In this document: positions 46,130 to 56,338 of the stretch, piece after piece
Layout of the letters: the number at the start of each line of letters is the position of its first letter
Position numbering within the stretch: position 1 is the stretch's first letter
Origin: an uncultured Thermoproteaceae archaeon
GTDB taxonomy: Archaea; Thermoproteota; Thermoprotei; Thermoproteales; Thermocladiaceae
Direction of reading: 5' to 3'
Assembly (NCBI GenBank): GCA_964575955.1
Contig: CAZNTG010000006.1
Location: forward strand, 512,001 to 576,000
Length of the DNA stretch: 64,000 nt
Program-made: the position numbers and the translations under genes
Notes under the pieces: generated by a model
Databases searched by the model: none
What the model was told of the DNA's origin: nothing
What the model saw: only the letters and a program-made list of their open reading frames with translations

Positions 46130-46615
46130 ATGGGTTGGGGAGGAGGTGGATGGGGAAGAGGTAGAGGAGGCGGTTGGGGTGGTGGCGGAGGATGGGGTGG
46201 AGGTTGGGGTAGAGGACGTGGTGGATGGGGTTGGGCACAGCCAATACCTCAAATGCCAACACTACCTCCACCACCTCCAGGTACTACTCGTGTTGTAGTA
46301 TCTGTTGAAAATAATGCAGGTCTTGACAGTGTTGTAGGTCCTAGATTTGGTAGATCTCCATACTTTGCTATAGTTGATATTTCTAATGGTAGAGTTGCAA
46401 ATGTGCAAATAATTCCTAATCCCTGTATAGACATGCCTCATGGTGTTGGTGTAGCTGTAGCACAGTGGATTTTGAGTATAGGTGCTAGATGCGTAATTGG
46501 TGCACACTTCGGACCTAACGTTCTCATGGTTCTACAACAGGCAGGTATTAGAGTATGTAATGTTCAGCCAGGTATTAGAGTTCAAGATGCGTTGAAAATA
46601 TGTGGACTACTATGA
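46130..46615 (+). CDS. NifB/NifX-family FeMo-cofactor-binding-domain protein with Gly/Trp/Arg-rich N-terminus
   Basis: RFGRSPYFAIVD, NP......GVG...AQ, HFGPN....LQQAGI; N-terminal GWG repeats and a poly-Pro linker. Confidence 0.85.
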   Translation: MGWGGGGWGRGRGGGWGGGGGWGGGWGRGRGGWGWAQPIPQMPTLPPPPPGTTRVVVSVENNAGLDSVVGPRFGRSPYFAIVDISNGRVANVQIIPNPCIDMPHGVGVAVAQWILSIGARCVIGAHFGPNVLMVLQQAGIRVCNVQPGIRVQDALKICGLL

Positions 46616-46649
46616 TAAACTTTTAGACATATCTAAAACTTGTTAAATT

Positions 46650-47522
46650 GTGATTAGAGAGATAGCAGTAGCAAGTGGTAAAGGTGGTACAGGGAAGACA
46701 TTCATAGCGTCAAACCTGCTATACTACATATCTAAGTATGTAGATGAGAAATGTGTTGGTGTTGATGCTGATGCAGAAGCACCAGACTTAGCATTAGCAC
46801 TTGGAGACTACGTTGAGATATATTCTAGAGATGATGTATATGAATCTAAGAAAGCAGTAATAGATTATGAAAAATGTAATCTATGTTTAAACTGCTACAA
46901 CACATGTAGATTCTATGCAATAAACATAGATTCTCAAGGAAGACCAACAATAGTTGAAGAATATTGTGAAGGATGTGGTGCATGTAGTCTAGTATGTACT
47001 TCAGATGCCATAAATTATAGAGTTGTAAAAACAGGAACTGTAATATTTGGAAAAACTAGACATGGACAGAAAGTAGTAACTGCAGATTTAGAAGTTTCAG
47101 GTAGAAATACAGGACATCTAGTGTATATTGCTAGAGAAAAAGCAAAATCAATACCTGAATTGAAATATGTGATAATAGATTCAGCACCTGGAATTGGATG
47201 TCCTGTAATATCTAGCATTGTAGGTTCAAACCTACTTATAATATGTGTAGAACCAACAGAACAATCATATAATGGTTGTAGAAGATTAATACAGGTAGCA
47301 CAGATATTGAAAGTAGATTATAGAGTAATTATAAATAAGTATGATATGAATATTGAAATGAGTAATAGAATTGAGAAAGAGATAGGAAATAATGTAATCG
47401 GAAGAATACCATATAGTAGAGATATAGTTAAATCATATGCAGATATGATACCTATAATGGCTACAAATTCAAAAATTAGAAAAGATTTAGAAGAAATATT
47501 TGAAGAAATTTTGAAACTATGA
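46650..47522 (+). CDS. MinD-superfamily P-loop ATPase with inserted ferredoxin domain (COG1149)
   Basis: SGKGGTGKT, DADAEAPD, two CxxCxxCxxxC, DSAPGIGCPV, INKYD. Confidence 0.92.
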   Translation: MIREIAVASGKGGTGKTFIASNLLYYISKYVDEKCVGVDADAEAPDLALALGDYVEIYSRDDVYESKKAVIDYEKCNLCLNCYNTCRFYAINIDSQGRPTIVEEYCEGCGACSLVCTSDAINYRVVKTGTVIFGKTRHGQKVVTADLEVSGRNTGHLVYIAREKAKSIPELKYVIIDSAPGIGCPVISSIVGSNLLIICVEPTEQSYNGCRRLIQVAQILKVDYRVIINKYDMNIEMSNRIEKEIGNNVIGRIPYSRDIVKSYADMIPIMATNSKIRKDLEEIFEEILKL

Positions 47523-48391
47523 TAATAGCAGTTGCAGGAGGTAAAGGTGGTGTTGGAAAGACAATAATTGCAAGTAATATAGCAATACTACTATCTAGAA
47601 TTGGAAAAACTATGATAATTGATGCTGATGTTGATAATCCATGTATTGAAAATACATTAAAAGTATTAAATATACAAGTATTGAAGATAGAGGAAGTATA
47701 TAGATTCAAACCTAGAATAATTATTGAAAAATGTGATCTCTGTAAGAAGTGTGTTGATACATGTCCTGAAAATGCTATAGTGATTATACCACAGATGAGA
47801 AATATATTCATAATAGATACACTATGTGCTGGATGTGGATGTTGTAAACTTGTATGTGATAGAGAAGCCATAGTTGAGGATAGGGAAATTGAAGGTACTG
47901 TGAAGATCTGTAAAGCGGGAACTATCGATCTAATTGTTGGAGAATTGAAACCAGGAGAAAAGAGGAGCTACATTGTCATGACAAAGATAATTGAAGGTTA
48001 TAGAGATCTATATAGAAATTATGACTATACAATAATTGATGCACCACCTGGAACAGGTGCTGGAGTATTTTCAATATTGAAAAATAGTGATATTCATATA
48101 ATAGTTACTGAAGCTACAAGATTAGGTTTTTCAGATTTTATGAAGATAATGAAGTTGAAGATTAGTAAAAATCTAAATCAGAAAACTATAGTTGTCATTA
48201 ATAAGTATGATCTCAATGTTGAGATTTCTAGAGAAATTGAAAATGAGGCTAGGAAAATTACAAACTACGTAGTCAGGATTCCATACTCTGATAATATTGC
48301 TAGAAGTTATATGATTGGAAAACCTATAGTTCTTGAAGATTTACCTGAAAAGAAGTATTTTGAAGATATTACTAAGATTATACTAAGCTAG
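47519..48391 (+). CDS. MinD-superfamily P-loop ATPase with inserted ferredoxin domain (second paralog)
   Basis: GGKGGVGKT, DADVDNP, two CxxCxxCxxxC, DAPPGTG, INKYD; ATGA overlap. Confidence 0.92.
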   Translation: MIIAVAGGKGGVGKTIIASNIAILLSRIGKTMIIDADVDNPCIENTLKVLNIQVLKIEEVYRFKPRIIIEKCDLCKKCVDTCPENAIVIIPQMRNIFIIDTLCAGCGCCKLVCDREAIVEDREIEGTVKICKAGTIDLIVGELKPGEKRSYIVMTKIIEGYRDLYRNYDYTIIDAPPGTGAGVFSILKNSDIHIIVTEATRLGFSDFMKIMKLKISKNLNQKTIVVINKYDLNVEISREIENEARKITNYVVRIPYSDNIARSYMIGKPIVLEDLPEKKYFEDITKIILS

Positions 48392-48392
48392 C

Positions 48393-48941
48393 TTACTCTT
48401 TCTTACCCTCCTTCTTATATCTCTCAATTGCGTCCATTATCATCTTTCTAGCTTCATCAGCACTCTTAAATCCTCTAACCTTAGTCCACTTTCCTGGCTC
48501 TAGCTCTTTGTAATGTTCGAAGAAGTGCTTTATCTTGTTTAATATTGCTTCTGGTAGATCATTTACATCCTTAACCTTTGACCATGTTGGGTCAACCTTG
48601 TCTATTGGTACTGCAATTATCTTATGATCTACACCTTCCTCATCTTCCATCTCAAGTACTCCAATTGGTCTTACTCTAATTACTGATCCAGGTGCTAGTG
48701 AGTAGTTACTTATTACGAGTACGTCTGCTGGATCACCATCAGGCATCAATGTCTGTGGTACTGTACCATAGTTGAATGGGTAGAACATTGCTGTATATAG
48801 TACTCTATCAACCATTATTGCTCCAGTATCCTCATCTATTTCATACTTTATGTTTGAGAATGCTGGTATCTCAATAATTACATATATGTCATCTGGTGGA
48901 TTCTTACCTGGTGGTAGTTTTTCGAAGAGTGTGCTCATCAT
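48393..48941 (-). CDS. ppa: Inorganic pyrophosphatase (family I)
   Basis: [39 protein letters not shown]. Confidence 0.97.
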   Translation of the reverse strand: MMSTLFEKLPPGKNPPDDIYVIIEIPAFSNIKYEIDEDTGAIMVDRVLYTAMFYPFNYGTVPQTLMPDGDPADVLVISNYSLAPGSVIRVRPIGVLEMEDEEGVDHKIIAVPIDKVDPTWSKVKDVNDLPEAILNKIKHFFEHYKELEPGKWTKVRGFKSADEARKMIMDAIERYKKEGKKE

Positions 48942-49062
48942 TATGTAAGTTTCAAAATCATTATTAAAGTATTAAGGTTTAGAGATTTTGTACATTTTTA
49001 AAACTTGTTTATATATTTTGCAGATATAGTACTTAAATATCTGATATAGTTAGTACATCTCC

Positions 49063-49752
49063 ATGGTTAAAGGATACTTAAGATGGCTTGGACATGCAGC
49101 ATTTGAATTAAATATATATGGAAAAACTATACTCATAGATCCATGGATTACTAATCCAAAATCTCCAATAACTTTAGAAGATTTGAAGAATGTAGATTTC
49201 ATATTAGTGACTCATGACCATGCTGATCATCTTGGTGAGACTGTAGAGATAGCTAAGAAGACTAATGCAACTGTTGTTGGAGTATATGAGTTAACACTCT
49301 ACATCTCTGAGCAAGGTGTTAAGAATACTATACCTCTAAATGTTGGTGGCTCTATAAAACTTACAAGTGAGATTGAAGTCTTTGCAGTACCTGCAGTACA
49401 TAGCTCAGGTAGGGGTGTTCCTGTTGGGTATGTCATAACTACTCCAGACGTAACAATATACCATGCTGGTGATACAGGACTCTTCTCAGATATGGAATTG
49501 ATAGGTAGGTTATTCAATATCGATATAGCTCTACTGCCTATAGGTGGTATATTTACAATGAGTCCTAGAGAAGCAGCAATAGCTGTAACATTACTAAGAC
49601 CTAGATATGTAATACCAATGCACTATAATACATTTCCAGAAATTAGACAAGATCCAGAATACTTCAAAGATCTTGTGGAGAGAGTAGCTCCACATGTTAA
49701 AGTATTAATAATAAATCCAGGCGATAAAATCGATATACCTCTAAAAATTTAA
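49063..49752 (+). CDS. Metallo-beta-lactamase fold hydrolase (UPF0173)
   Basis: WLGHAAF, THDHADH, YHAGDT, LPIGG, IPMHYNTF. Confidence 0.92.
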   Translation: MVKGYLRWLGHAAFELNIYGKTILIDPWITNPKSPITLEDLKNVDFILVTHDHADHLGETVEIAKKTNATVVGVYELTLYISEQGVKNTIPLNVGGSIKLTSEIEVFAVPAVHSSGRGVPVGYVITTPDVTIYHAGDTGLFSDMELIGRLFNIDIALLPIGGIFTMSPREAAIAVTLLRPRYVIPMHYNTFPEIRQDPEYFKDLVERVAPHVKVLIINPGDKIDIPLKI

Positions 49753-49763
49753 CTTAATAAAAT

Positions 49764-51002
49764 TTAGAATAGTGGTATACTCAACTTCTCACTCACTATA
49801 AGATCTGTAAGTCTCACAATATTGTCAAGCTCTTCTTTAACAATACTTTCAATCTCATTTCTCATCTCACCTGTAATTTCCTGTTTTGGAGTTATTACAT
49901 CTACACTAACACTTAAAGGCTCATTTATAGGTCTACCAATCTGACTTAGAAGATATACATGAACTTCCTCAATATCACGAACTTCTTCATATATCTTATC
50001 TGCAATCATGTTTGCAAGTATGTTATATAGTTTTCCAATATGGTTAACAGGATTCTTACCTGCAGCAGCCTCCATACTCATTGGTCTCATAGGCGTTATC
50101 AATCCTCTAACTCTATTACCTCTACCTGTACATCCATCATCACCACACTCTGCAGATGTTCCTGTTATTGTTAGATAGTATATTCCATGATCAGGATCGT
50201 CTGCAGTATTTACATAAACTTCAACATCAAGCTCAGGAACCACCTTACTAGCATAATCTTCTATATGTCTCTTAATTTCCTCCTTAAGATTTAGATATTC
50301 ATCTTTATCACGTACATGTCTACTAATTAATGCACATGCAACTGTCAGTAGTACCTTACTGCCCTGTCTAAATGCCATAACTTTAACATCTTCACCTGCT
50401 GCTGGAATCTTCATCTTAAATTCTCTAGAATTTATCAATCTCTCAACACCGTATACCAATCTCTCTGTTGGTGTTAGTGGTGCTATACCTACACCAAGAC
50501 TAGTATCATTTGCATGTGGTACTCTTCTAGTTAAACCCTTCTTAAATAGACCAACTAGATCTACACTACCTGAGCCTAATGCACATTCAATAATTACATG
50601 ATTTTCAGGATCTAGATATCTGAAGTTTTGTTGAATCCACTTCTTAGCTGATGATACTATAATCTCCTCAACAGGTACAATATCAATCTCCTTCTTACCA
50701 TTACGCTCAAGCTCTACTGTCATTGTTACTCTACCAGCAATTATGATCCTTATAGGTCTAATTATCTCGCCACCACCAAACTCTGGCTTAGCTTGACCAC
50801 CAACAACTAGTACTTTATCAACATTGTGGTGAAGTATTGTACCATACTTCTCTCTATAGTATTTACATAATCCGAGACTTGCAGCTTCAGCAACAGCATC
50901 AGCAATATAGTCAGGATGTCCAGTACCTTTCCTCTCTACAAATTCTACATCTCTCTTATATACAGGTATTGAGTCTATCTTAGTTATTGATATGGTTGTC
51001 AT
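49764..51002 (-). CDS. mat: S-adenosylmethionine synthetase (archaeal type)
   Basis: VERKGTGHPD, HHNVDK, ANDTS, GEDVKVM, GRGNR, GKNPVNHIGKLYN. Confidence 0.97.
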   Translation of the reverse strand: MTTISITKIDSIPVYKRDVEFVERKGTGHPDYIADAVAEAASLGLCKYYREKYGTILHHNVDKVLVVGGQAKPEFGGGEIIRPIRIIIAGRVTMTVELERNGKKEIDIVPVEEIIVSSAKKWIQQNFRYLDPENHVIIECALGSGSVDLVGLFKKGLTRRVPHANDTSLGVGIAPLTPTERLVYGVERLINSREFKMKIPAAGEDVKVMAFRQGSKVLLTVACALISRHVRDKDEYLNLKEEIKRHIEDYASKVVPELDVEVYVNTADDPDHGIYYLTITGTSAECGDDGCTGRGNRVRGLITPMRPMSMEAAAGKNPVNHIGKLYNILANMIADKIYEEVRDIEEVHVYLLSQIGRPINEPLSVSVDVITPKQEITGEMRNEIESIVKEELDNIVRLTDLIVSEKLSIPLF

Positions 51003-51006
51003 CGCA

Positions 51007-51285
51007 CTACCCTAATACTACATCTGTTGTTGATATGAAGAGTATCTGATTACCTCTAATATAGACTCTACCATATTTAACAACAGTTTGACTAGTTTTA
51101 GGATCTATCTCTTCAGCATCATCAAGAACAACATTCATACAGCTATCATATGCAGTTAATATTCCTCTTATAGCCTTGTTATTTTTCAACCTTATAATCA
51201 CATTCTTACCTAGCAGCTTTTGAAATATTTTTAGAGGTTGTATCATCTGAGCTGTGGACATTACAAATTCAACTATCCTAACCAT
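51007..51285 (-). CDS. Sm-like archaeal protein (SmAP/Lsm)
   Basis: V.IRLKN...IRG.L..YD..MNVVL.DAEE; IRGNQILFIS; the true start may be the second Met (51261). Confidence 0.93.
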   Translation of the reverse strand: MVRIVEFVMSTAQMIQPLKIFQKLLGKNVIIRLKNNKAIRGILTAYDSCMNVVLDDAEEIDPKTSQTVVKYGRVYIRGNQILFISTTDVVLG

Positions 51286-51458
51286 TATTTAACATTACGC
51301 TATTCATCAAGACTTTGAGAGTACTCCATGAGAATGTTTTTTAAGTAGGTATAAAAAGTAGGCTCAATACGTATATAAGTCCTTAACTCTCAAAGCTTTA
51401 AAAACCCAGAGAAAGATTTAAAAAGGGTTGAATAGATAAAAATTATGGGTGGGAGTTC

Positions 51459-51635
51459 ATGACAAGAAAAGTAAAGGCTATCGCCCTAATAGTAGCAGGA
51501 GCAATATTAACAGCACTACCTGAACCAATAACAACACCAATAGGAATAGCACTGATAAGCAAGGGGATAAAAATGCTTAAAGGAGCTCTAGAAGAGAGAG
51601 AAGTTAAAAAAGAGGATTTAAAAGAGGAAATTTAA
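51459..51635 (+). CDS. Small membrane protein (58 aa), missed by the ORF track
   Basis: MTRKVKAIALIVAGAILTALPEPITTPIGIALISKGIKMLKGALEEREVKKEDLKEEI; SD-like GGGTGGGAG; TATA TTTAAAAA near 51417-51424. Confidence 0.75.
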   Translation: MTRKVKAIALIVAGAILTALPEPITTPIGIALISKGIKMLKGALEEREVKKEDLKEEI

Positions 51636-51710
51636 ATTTTTCCAATAATAACATCCATATTCTCAACATTTACAATATAGCATTAATATTTAACATAGCT
51701 TGATATAGAT

Positions 51711-52559
51711 GTGAAAAATGTAGTTAAACTTGGACATACACCAGATCCTGATGATGCATTTCTAACATATGCAATAGTTAAGAATAAGATAGGTTTAAAA
51801 GATGTAGATATAGTAGAGGTAGTACTAGATATAGAAACTTTAAATAAATTAGTAATATTGAAAAAACTTGAAATATCTGCAATTAGTGTAGCGACATACC
51901 TACTAGTTTCTAAAGATTACATAATAATTCCATATGGAGCAAGTGTTGGATATAGTTATGGTCCAAAATTAATCATAAATAGAAGATATGTAGATAGAGG
52001 AAAGATTACTGTAGCTGTTCCTGGTCTCTATACAACAGCTAGAGTATTAACAGAAGCATATCTAAGAGAAAATGGTAGGGAGTATGAGATAGTTGATGTA
52101 CAATTCGATAAAATATTAACATTATTAAATAATGATGTTGTTGAATGTGGAGTTTTAATACATGAAGAACAGATACTAGATATTGGAGATAGATACATTA
52201 AAATTGATCTAGGAGAGTGGTGGTTTAATAAATTTAAACTACCAATACCGTTAGGAATAAATGTAATTCGTAGAGATGTTGATAATAATATAGTTCAAAC
52301 AATTGTTGAAGCATTTAGAAAATCTATAGAGTATGCATATAAGAATATTGATGAAGTATTAACATACTCTCTAAACTTCTCAAGAATAAGAGATAGAGAT
52401 AAAGTACTTAACTTCATAAAAATGTATGTAAATGATAGAGAATTAAACTATAGATCAGATGAGATTAAATCTATAGAAAAACTACATGAAATATGTAGAG
52501 ATTACAGAATAGAACCATTCTATAAACATTATTTAGATATTAAGATTGCAACAATTTAA
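51711..52559 (+). CDS. mqnD: 1,4-dihydroxy-6-naphthoate synthase (futalosine pathway)
   Basis: GHTPDPDDAF, DIETLN, GASVG..YGP, VPG..TTA, LIHE, DLGEWW....LPIPLG, MYVN. Confidence 0.92.
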   Translation: MKNVVKLGHTPDPDDAFLTYAIVKNKIGLKDVDIVEVVLDIETLNKLVILKKLEISAISVATYLLVSKDYIIIPYGASVGYSYGPKLIINRRYVDRGKITVAVPGLYTTARVLTEAYLRENGREYEIVDVQFDKILTLLNNDVVECGVLIHEEQILDIGDRYIKIDLGEWWFNKFKLPIPLGINVIRRDVDNNIVQTIVEAFRKSIEYAYKNIDEVLTYSLNFSRIRDRDKVLNFIKMYVNDRELNYRSDEIKSIEKLHEICRDYRIEPFYKHYLDIKIATI

Positions 52560-53309
52560 ATTTAATAATTTAAGTTCAAAAATGATCGATTCATAGATAT
52601 CATCAATATCTAGTATGTATATAAGATTTCTTGAGAAGTATGTATATATTAAATCTTTTGGGAGAGTTTTAGATAGGTAGTGAGAACTTCTACATTCTAT
52701 ATCATCTATCCAATACTTATGTCTTAACATAGTTTCAATATCTTCAACAACTTTTCTAACATTACTATAATCTCTATATATTAGTATTGAAAATATGAGT
52801 GGTCTTTTAAATATTCTATACCAAACGTCTCCAATATCAACTATTTCATAATATTTTAAATATGCTTCAAGTGCCATATCTCCAATTAGTAATGTTGGTC
52901 TTCTATTTAATACATGTTCTATATTGTCTTTAGATATCTTTATATTTTCTATATCTATACTCCTATTTAATATTCTTTTGAATAGTATATCTATAATCTT
53001 GATAGATACTGAAGATTCCTCTATTGCATATATCTTATCTATAGCTTCAATATTTATAGGCTCTTTATAGAATATTCCAACACTTCTTACAGGTCCTCTA
53101 CATGCAATACATATGTTTGATACTGTATAATCATATTTACATATTTTGCATATGGATGTTATGGGTATCATACATATGTGAGGCTTAATGTTCTTAACTA
53201 TGTCTAATGTATCTCTTGGTGTTGTCTCTATTATCTTCACATCTTTCATATCTTTAAAAAATATTCTAAATGGTTCACAGTTGAAGTATTTGAATATTTG
53301 TACTATCAT
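52533..53309 (-). CDS. mqnA: Chorismate dehydratase (futalosine pathway), divergent
   Basis: YFN..P, IAC.GPVRSV, S.VS, LLIGD.AL, DIG..W.....PLIF; clustered with mqnD and mqnE. Confidence 0.8.
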   Translation of the reverse strand: MIVQIFKYFNCEPFRIFFKDMKDVKIIETTPRDTLDIVKNIKPHICMIPITSICKICKYDYTVSNICIACRGPVRSVGIFYKEPINIEAIDKIYAIEESSVSIKIIDILFKRILNRSIDIENIKISKDNIEHVLNRRPTLLIGDMALEAYLKYYEIVDIGDVWYRIFKRPLIFSILIYRDYSNVRKVVEDIETMLRHKYWIDDIECRSSHYLSKTLPKDLIYTYFSRNLIYILDIDDIYESIIFELKLLNLNCCNLNI

Positions 53310-53311
53310 TA

Positions 53312-54376
53312 CTATAAGACCCTTATAATATTTCCAAATGAATCTCTTAATACAGGTTGTTTTCCTGTCTCTCTTATTAGTTTAGTTAATTCCTCTATAG
53401 ATGTTGTCTCTAGTCTACCTGTCTCTCTAAATACTTTCTCATTTATCATTGTTCCAACTAGATCATTTGCACCTGACCTGATAGCAATTTGAGCTAGTTT
53501 TTTACCAATAGATATCCAGTATGCTGATATATTTCTCACATAGTCTCTCAATATTATTCTTGATATCGCTATTACTCTAAGTACATATTCGCTAGAACAT
53601 TCAGACTTTACTAAACCTCTCCTATACAATTCTGTGTTTTGTGGATTGTATTTTAATGGTATAAATGTTATTATAGATCTAGTCTTTTCTTGAAATTCTC
53701 TAATTTTCAATAGATGTTCAATTATGTGTTCAGGTCTTTCTACATGTCCAAATAGCATTGTTGCATTTGTAAGTACGTTATGTTTTGAAGCTATATATGC
53801 AATATTAAACCACTCCTCTGCAGATATTTTATTTGGAGTTATTATCTTTCTAATATCTCTATTATATATTTCTAGACAACCACCACTAAGTATGTCTAAT
53901 CCAGCATTTCTCAATCTATCAATAACTTCTTCATATGACATTCTCCAAATTTTTGAATAATAAGCAATTTCACAACATGTTAAACCTTTTATAGTTATTT
54001 TAGGAACTCTACTCTTTATTAGTTTAAACATCTTTTCAAAATATTCTATATCTAACTCAGGATTTAGACCGCCATTGAGATGAACTTCAGATACTCTATA
54101 TTTTAAATATGCATCTTCAACAATCTTACAAACTTCTTCAGGAGTTAATGTATATGCATCTTTATCATTGAATGATCTAGAGAATGCACATATTGGACAT
54201 CTTGCAACACATATATTTGTGTAGTTCACAACTACGTTATTTACAAATGATACATAATTTCCACAGTATTTAGAACATAGCTTATCTGCAAGTGAGAGTA
54301 GTTCATGTAGAGGCAGTTCAGTAAACATGTAGAGATAGTCTCGATAGTTCAACTCTTCAATGCTTAATCTTGTCAC
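53312..54376 (-). CDS. mqnE: CofH-family radical SAM, aminofutalosine synthase MqnE-like
   Basis: NYTNICVARCPICAF, TNATMLFGHVE, FIPL.Y.P.NT, AYW..IG.KLAQ, GANDL.GT..EK; probable start GTG 54376. Confidence 0.8.
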   Translation of the reverse strand: MTRLSIEELNYRDYLYMFTELPLHELLSLADKLCSKYCGNYVSFVNNVVVNYTNICVARCPICAFSRSFNDKDAYTLTPEEVCKIVEDAYLKYRVSEVHLNGGLNPELDIEYFEKMFKLIKSRVPKITIKGLTCCEIAYYSKIWRMSYEEVIDRLRNAGLDILSGGCLEIYNRDIRKIITPNKISAEEWFNIAYIASKHNVLTNATMLFGHVERPEHIIEHLLKIREFQEKTRSIITFIPLKYNPQNTELYRRGLVKSECSSEYVLRVIAISRIILRDYVRNISAYWISIGKKLAQIAIRSGANDLVGTMINEKVFRETGRLETTSIEELTKLIRETGKQPVLRDSFGNIIRVL

Positions 54377-54411
54377 GATCCTCAAGTGTAGACAGATCTG
54401 AGCTTTTAAAT

Positions 54412-55620
54412 ATGTACGTTCTAATACATATAGTGAATGTAGAAGAATTAGAAAGACCGAGATATGATGGAGAAAGTATTGTAAATATACCAAACTCAAT
54501 ATTGAGAATATTTGGAATACCTGTAAGATTTAAATCTCTTAAAAAAGAAATATATTCACAAATACAGACAGAAAAAATACTACTAATACTTATAGATGGA
54601 TTAAGGCTTGATATAGTTAGAGAAGTACTGTCTGAACATGAAGACTTGAAGAAGCTTTATAAAAACATGTATATAATAACATCAACATTTCCATCAACAA
54701 CACCTACAGCATTAGTATCAATAAGCATGGGACAACCTCCAGGAATTCATGGTATTTTGGGAACAGTAATCTATGTTAGAGAGGTTGGACTTATAATAAA
54801 TACATTAAATCTAAGTCCACACTTTAGATCTGAAGAAAGAGATTCACTATTTAGGATGGGTATAGATTTAACAAAAATATTACCAACAGAATACACAATA
54901 TTTGAAGAGTTGTCTGAAAATGGTGTTAGAAGTTTAACATTAATACCTAAAGGATTGAGAAGTGGTATAAGTAGAATAATTTATAGAGGTTCAGAAATTC
55001 AGGAATATGCATATCTGACAGAGGCAATAATAGAAGGTTTGAGATTTCTAGAGATGAATGATAGAGCACTTGTATACATATACAATCCAGCACCAGATGA
55101 GATTGCACATAAGAGAGGTGTAGATTCAGAACACTATAGAGAAACTGTGGTAGAGATGTTTAGACTAATTATGAAGTGTATTGAAAAGAGAGTCAGAGTA
55201 CCTATAACTTTAATATTAACTACAGATCATGGTCTAATTAATACAGATGAGAGAGATTATATAGAAATGAATAAATTTGAAAAATTAATATCAAGATTAG
55301 CAGCACCACCCTATGGTGAATCTAGAGCTTCATTTCTAATAACTAGAGAAGAGTTAGAAAATTGTGAAGATTTAAACTATATACTTGACAACGGATTTAT
55401 ACTAATTAGGAAGAATGATAAAATGATGATTGATTTATTAGGATGTGATGATATTACAAAAGCTAAAAATGTTGGAGATTATCTACTAGTATCAACATCA
55501 TCAAAATGTTTAAGATATAGCTATAATCTACAGGAACGTGAGAGAGAAGTTCTACATGCAATGCACGGATCTATAACACCTGAAGAGTTAAATATACCTC
55601 TCATAATATTGAACTTCTAA
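54412..55620 (+). CDS. Alkaline phosphatase superfamily / nucleotide pyrophosphatase-type protein
   Basis: LIDGL, STFPSTT..A, HGILG, D..AH, TTDHG, MHGS; start uncertain (54412 or 54433). Confidence 0.88.
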   Translation: MYVLIHIVNVEELERPRYDGESIVNIPNSILRIFGIPVRFKSLKKEIYSQIQTEKILLILIDGLRLDIVREVLSEHEDLKKLYKNMYIITSTFPSTTPTALVSISMGQPPGIHGILGTVIYVREVGLIINTLNLSPHFRSEERDSLFRMGIDLTKILPTEYTIFEELSENGVRSLTLIPKGLRSGISRIIYRGSEIQEYAYLTEAIIEGLRFLEMNDRALVYIYNPAPDEIAHKRGVDSEHYRETVVEMFRLIMKCIEKRVRVPITLILTTDHGLINTDERDYIEMNKFEKLISRLAAPPYGESRASFLITREELENCEDLNYILDNGFILIRKNDKMMIDLLGCDDITKAKNVGDYLLVSTSSKCLRYSYNLQEREREVLHAMHGSITPEELNIPLIILNF

Positions 55621-55621
55621 C

Positions 55622-56278
55622 TCAAATACTACTACTAAACTTACTCCTAATTATATCAACCCAAACATTATCCTTTATAAAGCTAGGTATATCACATTCT
55701 TTAACATTTCCCACTTCTGAACTAACATCATGTCTATAATTATTCGAAATTTCATTTATAGTTAATCTACTACCTATACTATCAACTACTTTCAATAATG
55801 TTGAATTTATACTTTCTAAAACATTTATTAACATATTCATCTTCTCTTCAATTTTATTAAGTATAAGTTCAAGTATTTGAGTTGTAGTTTTCATGATATC
55901 ATCATTGAGAACTCTATCCTTACTCTCAAATTCATTACTATTCTTAATGTATTGTGGTATTGTGTATGGTAAGTTTATTGATAATGATATTTTAAATGAT
56001 AATACCTTGCTATATGTCATATTTTTAACATCTACTCTACTAGTACTCTCTCTAGTTCTCTCCTGTACATACTCTCTATCATCTCTATTACCTTCTCTGT
56101 TGTTATTATTATTTCTACTATTTTGATCTTTTAGAAATGCTGATCTATATTTTGATATTGCTTTATATACTGTATTTATTGAAAGACCTAAAATTTCGGC
56201 AATTTCTTTAGGTTTCTTTCCCTGTTCGAAGTATAGTTTACCAACTTCAATTTCTGTCTTGGATAGTTTTATAGACAC
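55622..56278 (-). CDS. HTH (sigma70 region 4-like) DNA-binding protein with coiled-coil region
   Basis: LYF.QGKKPKEIAEILGLSINTVYKAISK. Confidence 0.75.
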   Translation of the reverse strand: MSIKLSKTEIEVGKLYFEQGKKPKEIAEILGLSINTVYKAISKYRSAFLKDQNSRNNNNNREGNRDDREYVQERTRESTSRVDVKNMTYSKVLSFKISLSINLPYTIPQYIKNSNEFESKDRVLNDDIMKTTTQILELILNKIEEKMNMLINVLESINSTLLKVVDSIGSRLTINEISNNYRHDVSSEVGNVKECDIPSFIKDNVWVDIIRSKFSSSI

Positions 56279-56338
56279 GTTAGGTAAATTACTTACTAGC
56301 TTTATAAGCAGTGTATGGTAAGTAGCTTAGTATATATC

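Noticed and set aside
51711-54376. Futalosine menaquinone genes as a novelty in an archaeon
   Set aside because: Menaquinones and mqn genes are already known in Thermoproteales.
54370-54499. Apparent 130-bp head-to-head overlap of mqnE and the phosphatase gene
   Set aside because: Artefact of longest-ORF start calls. Plausible starts (54376 minus; 54412 or 54433 plus) remove the overlap.
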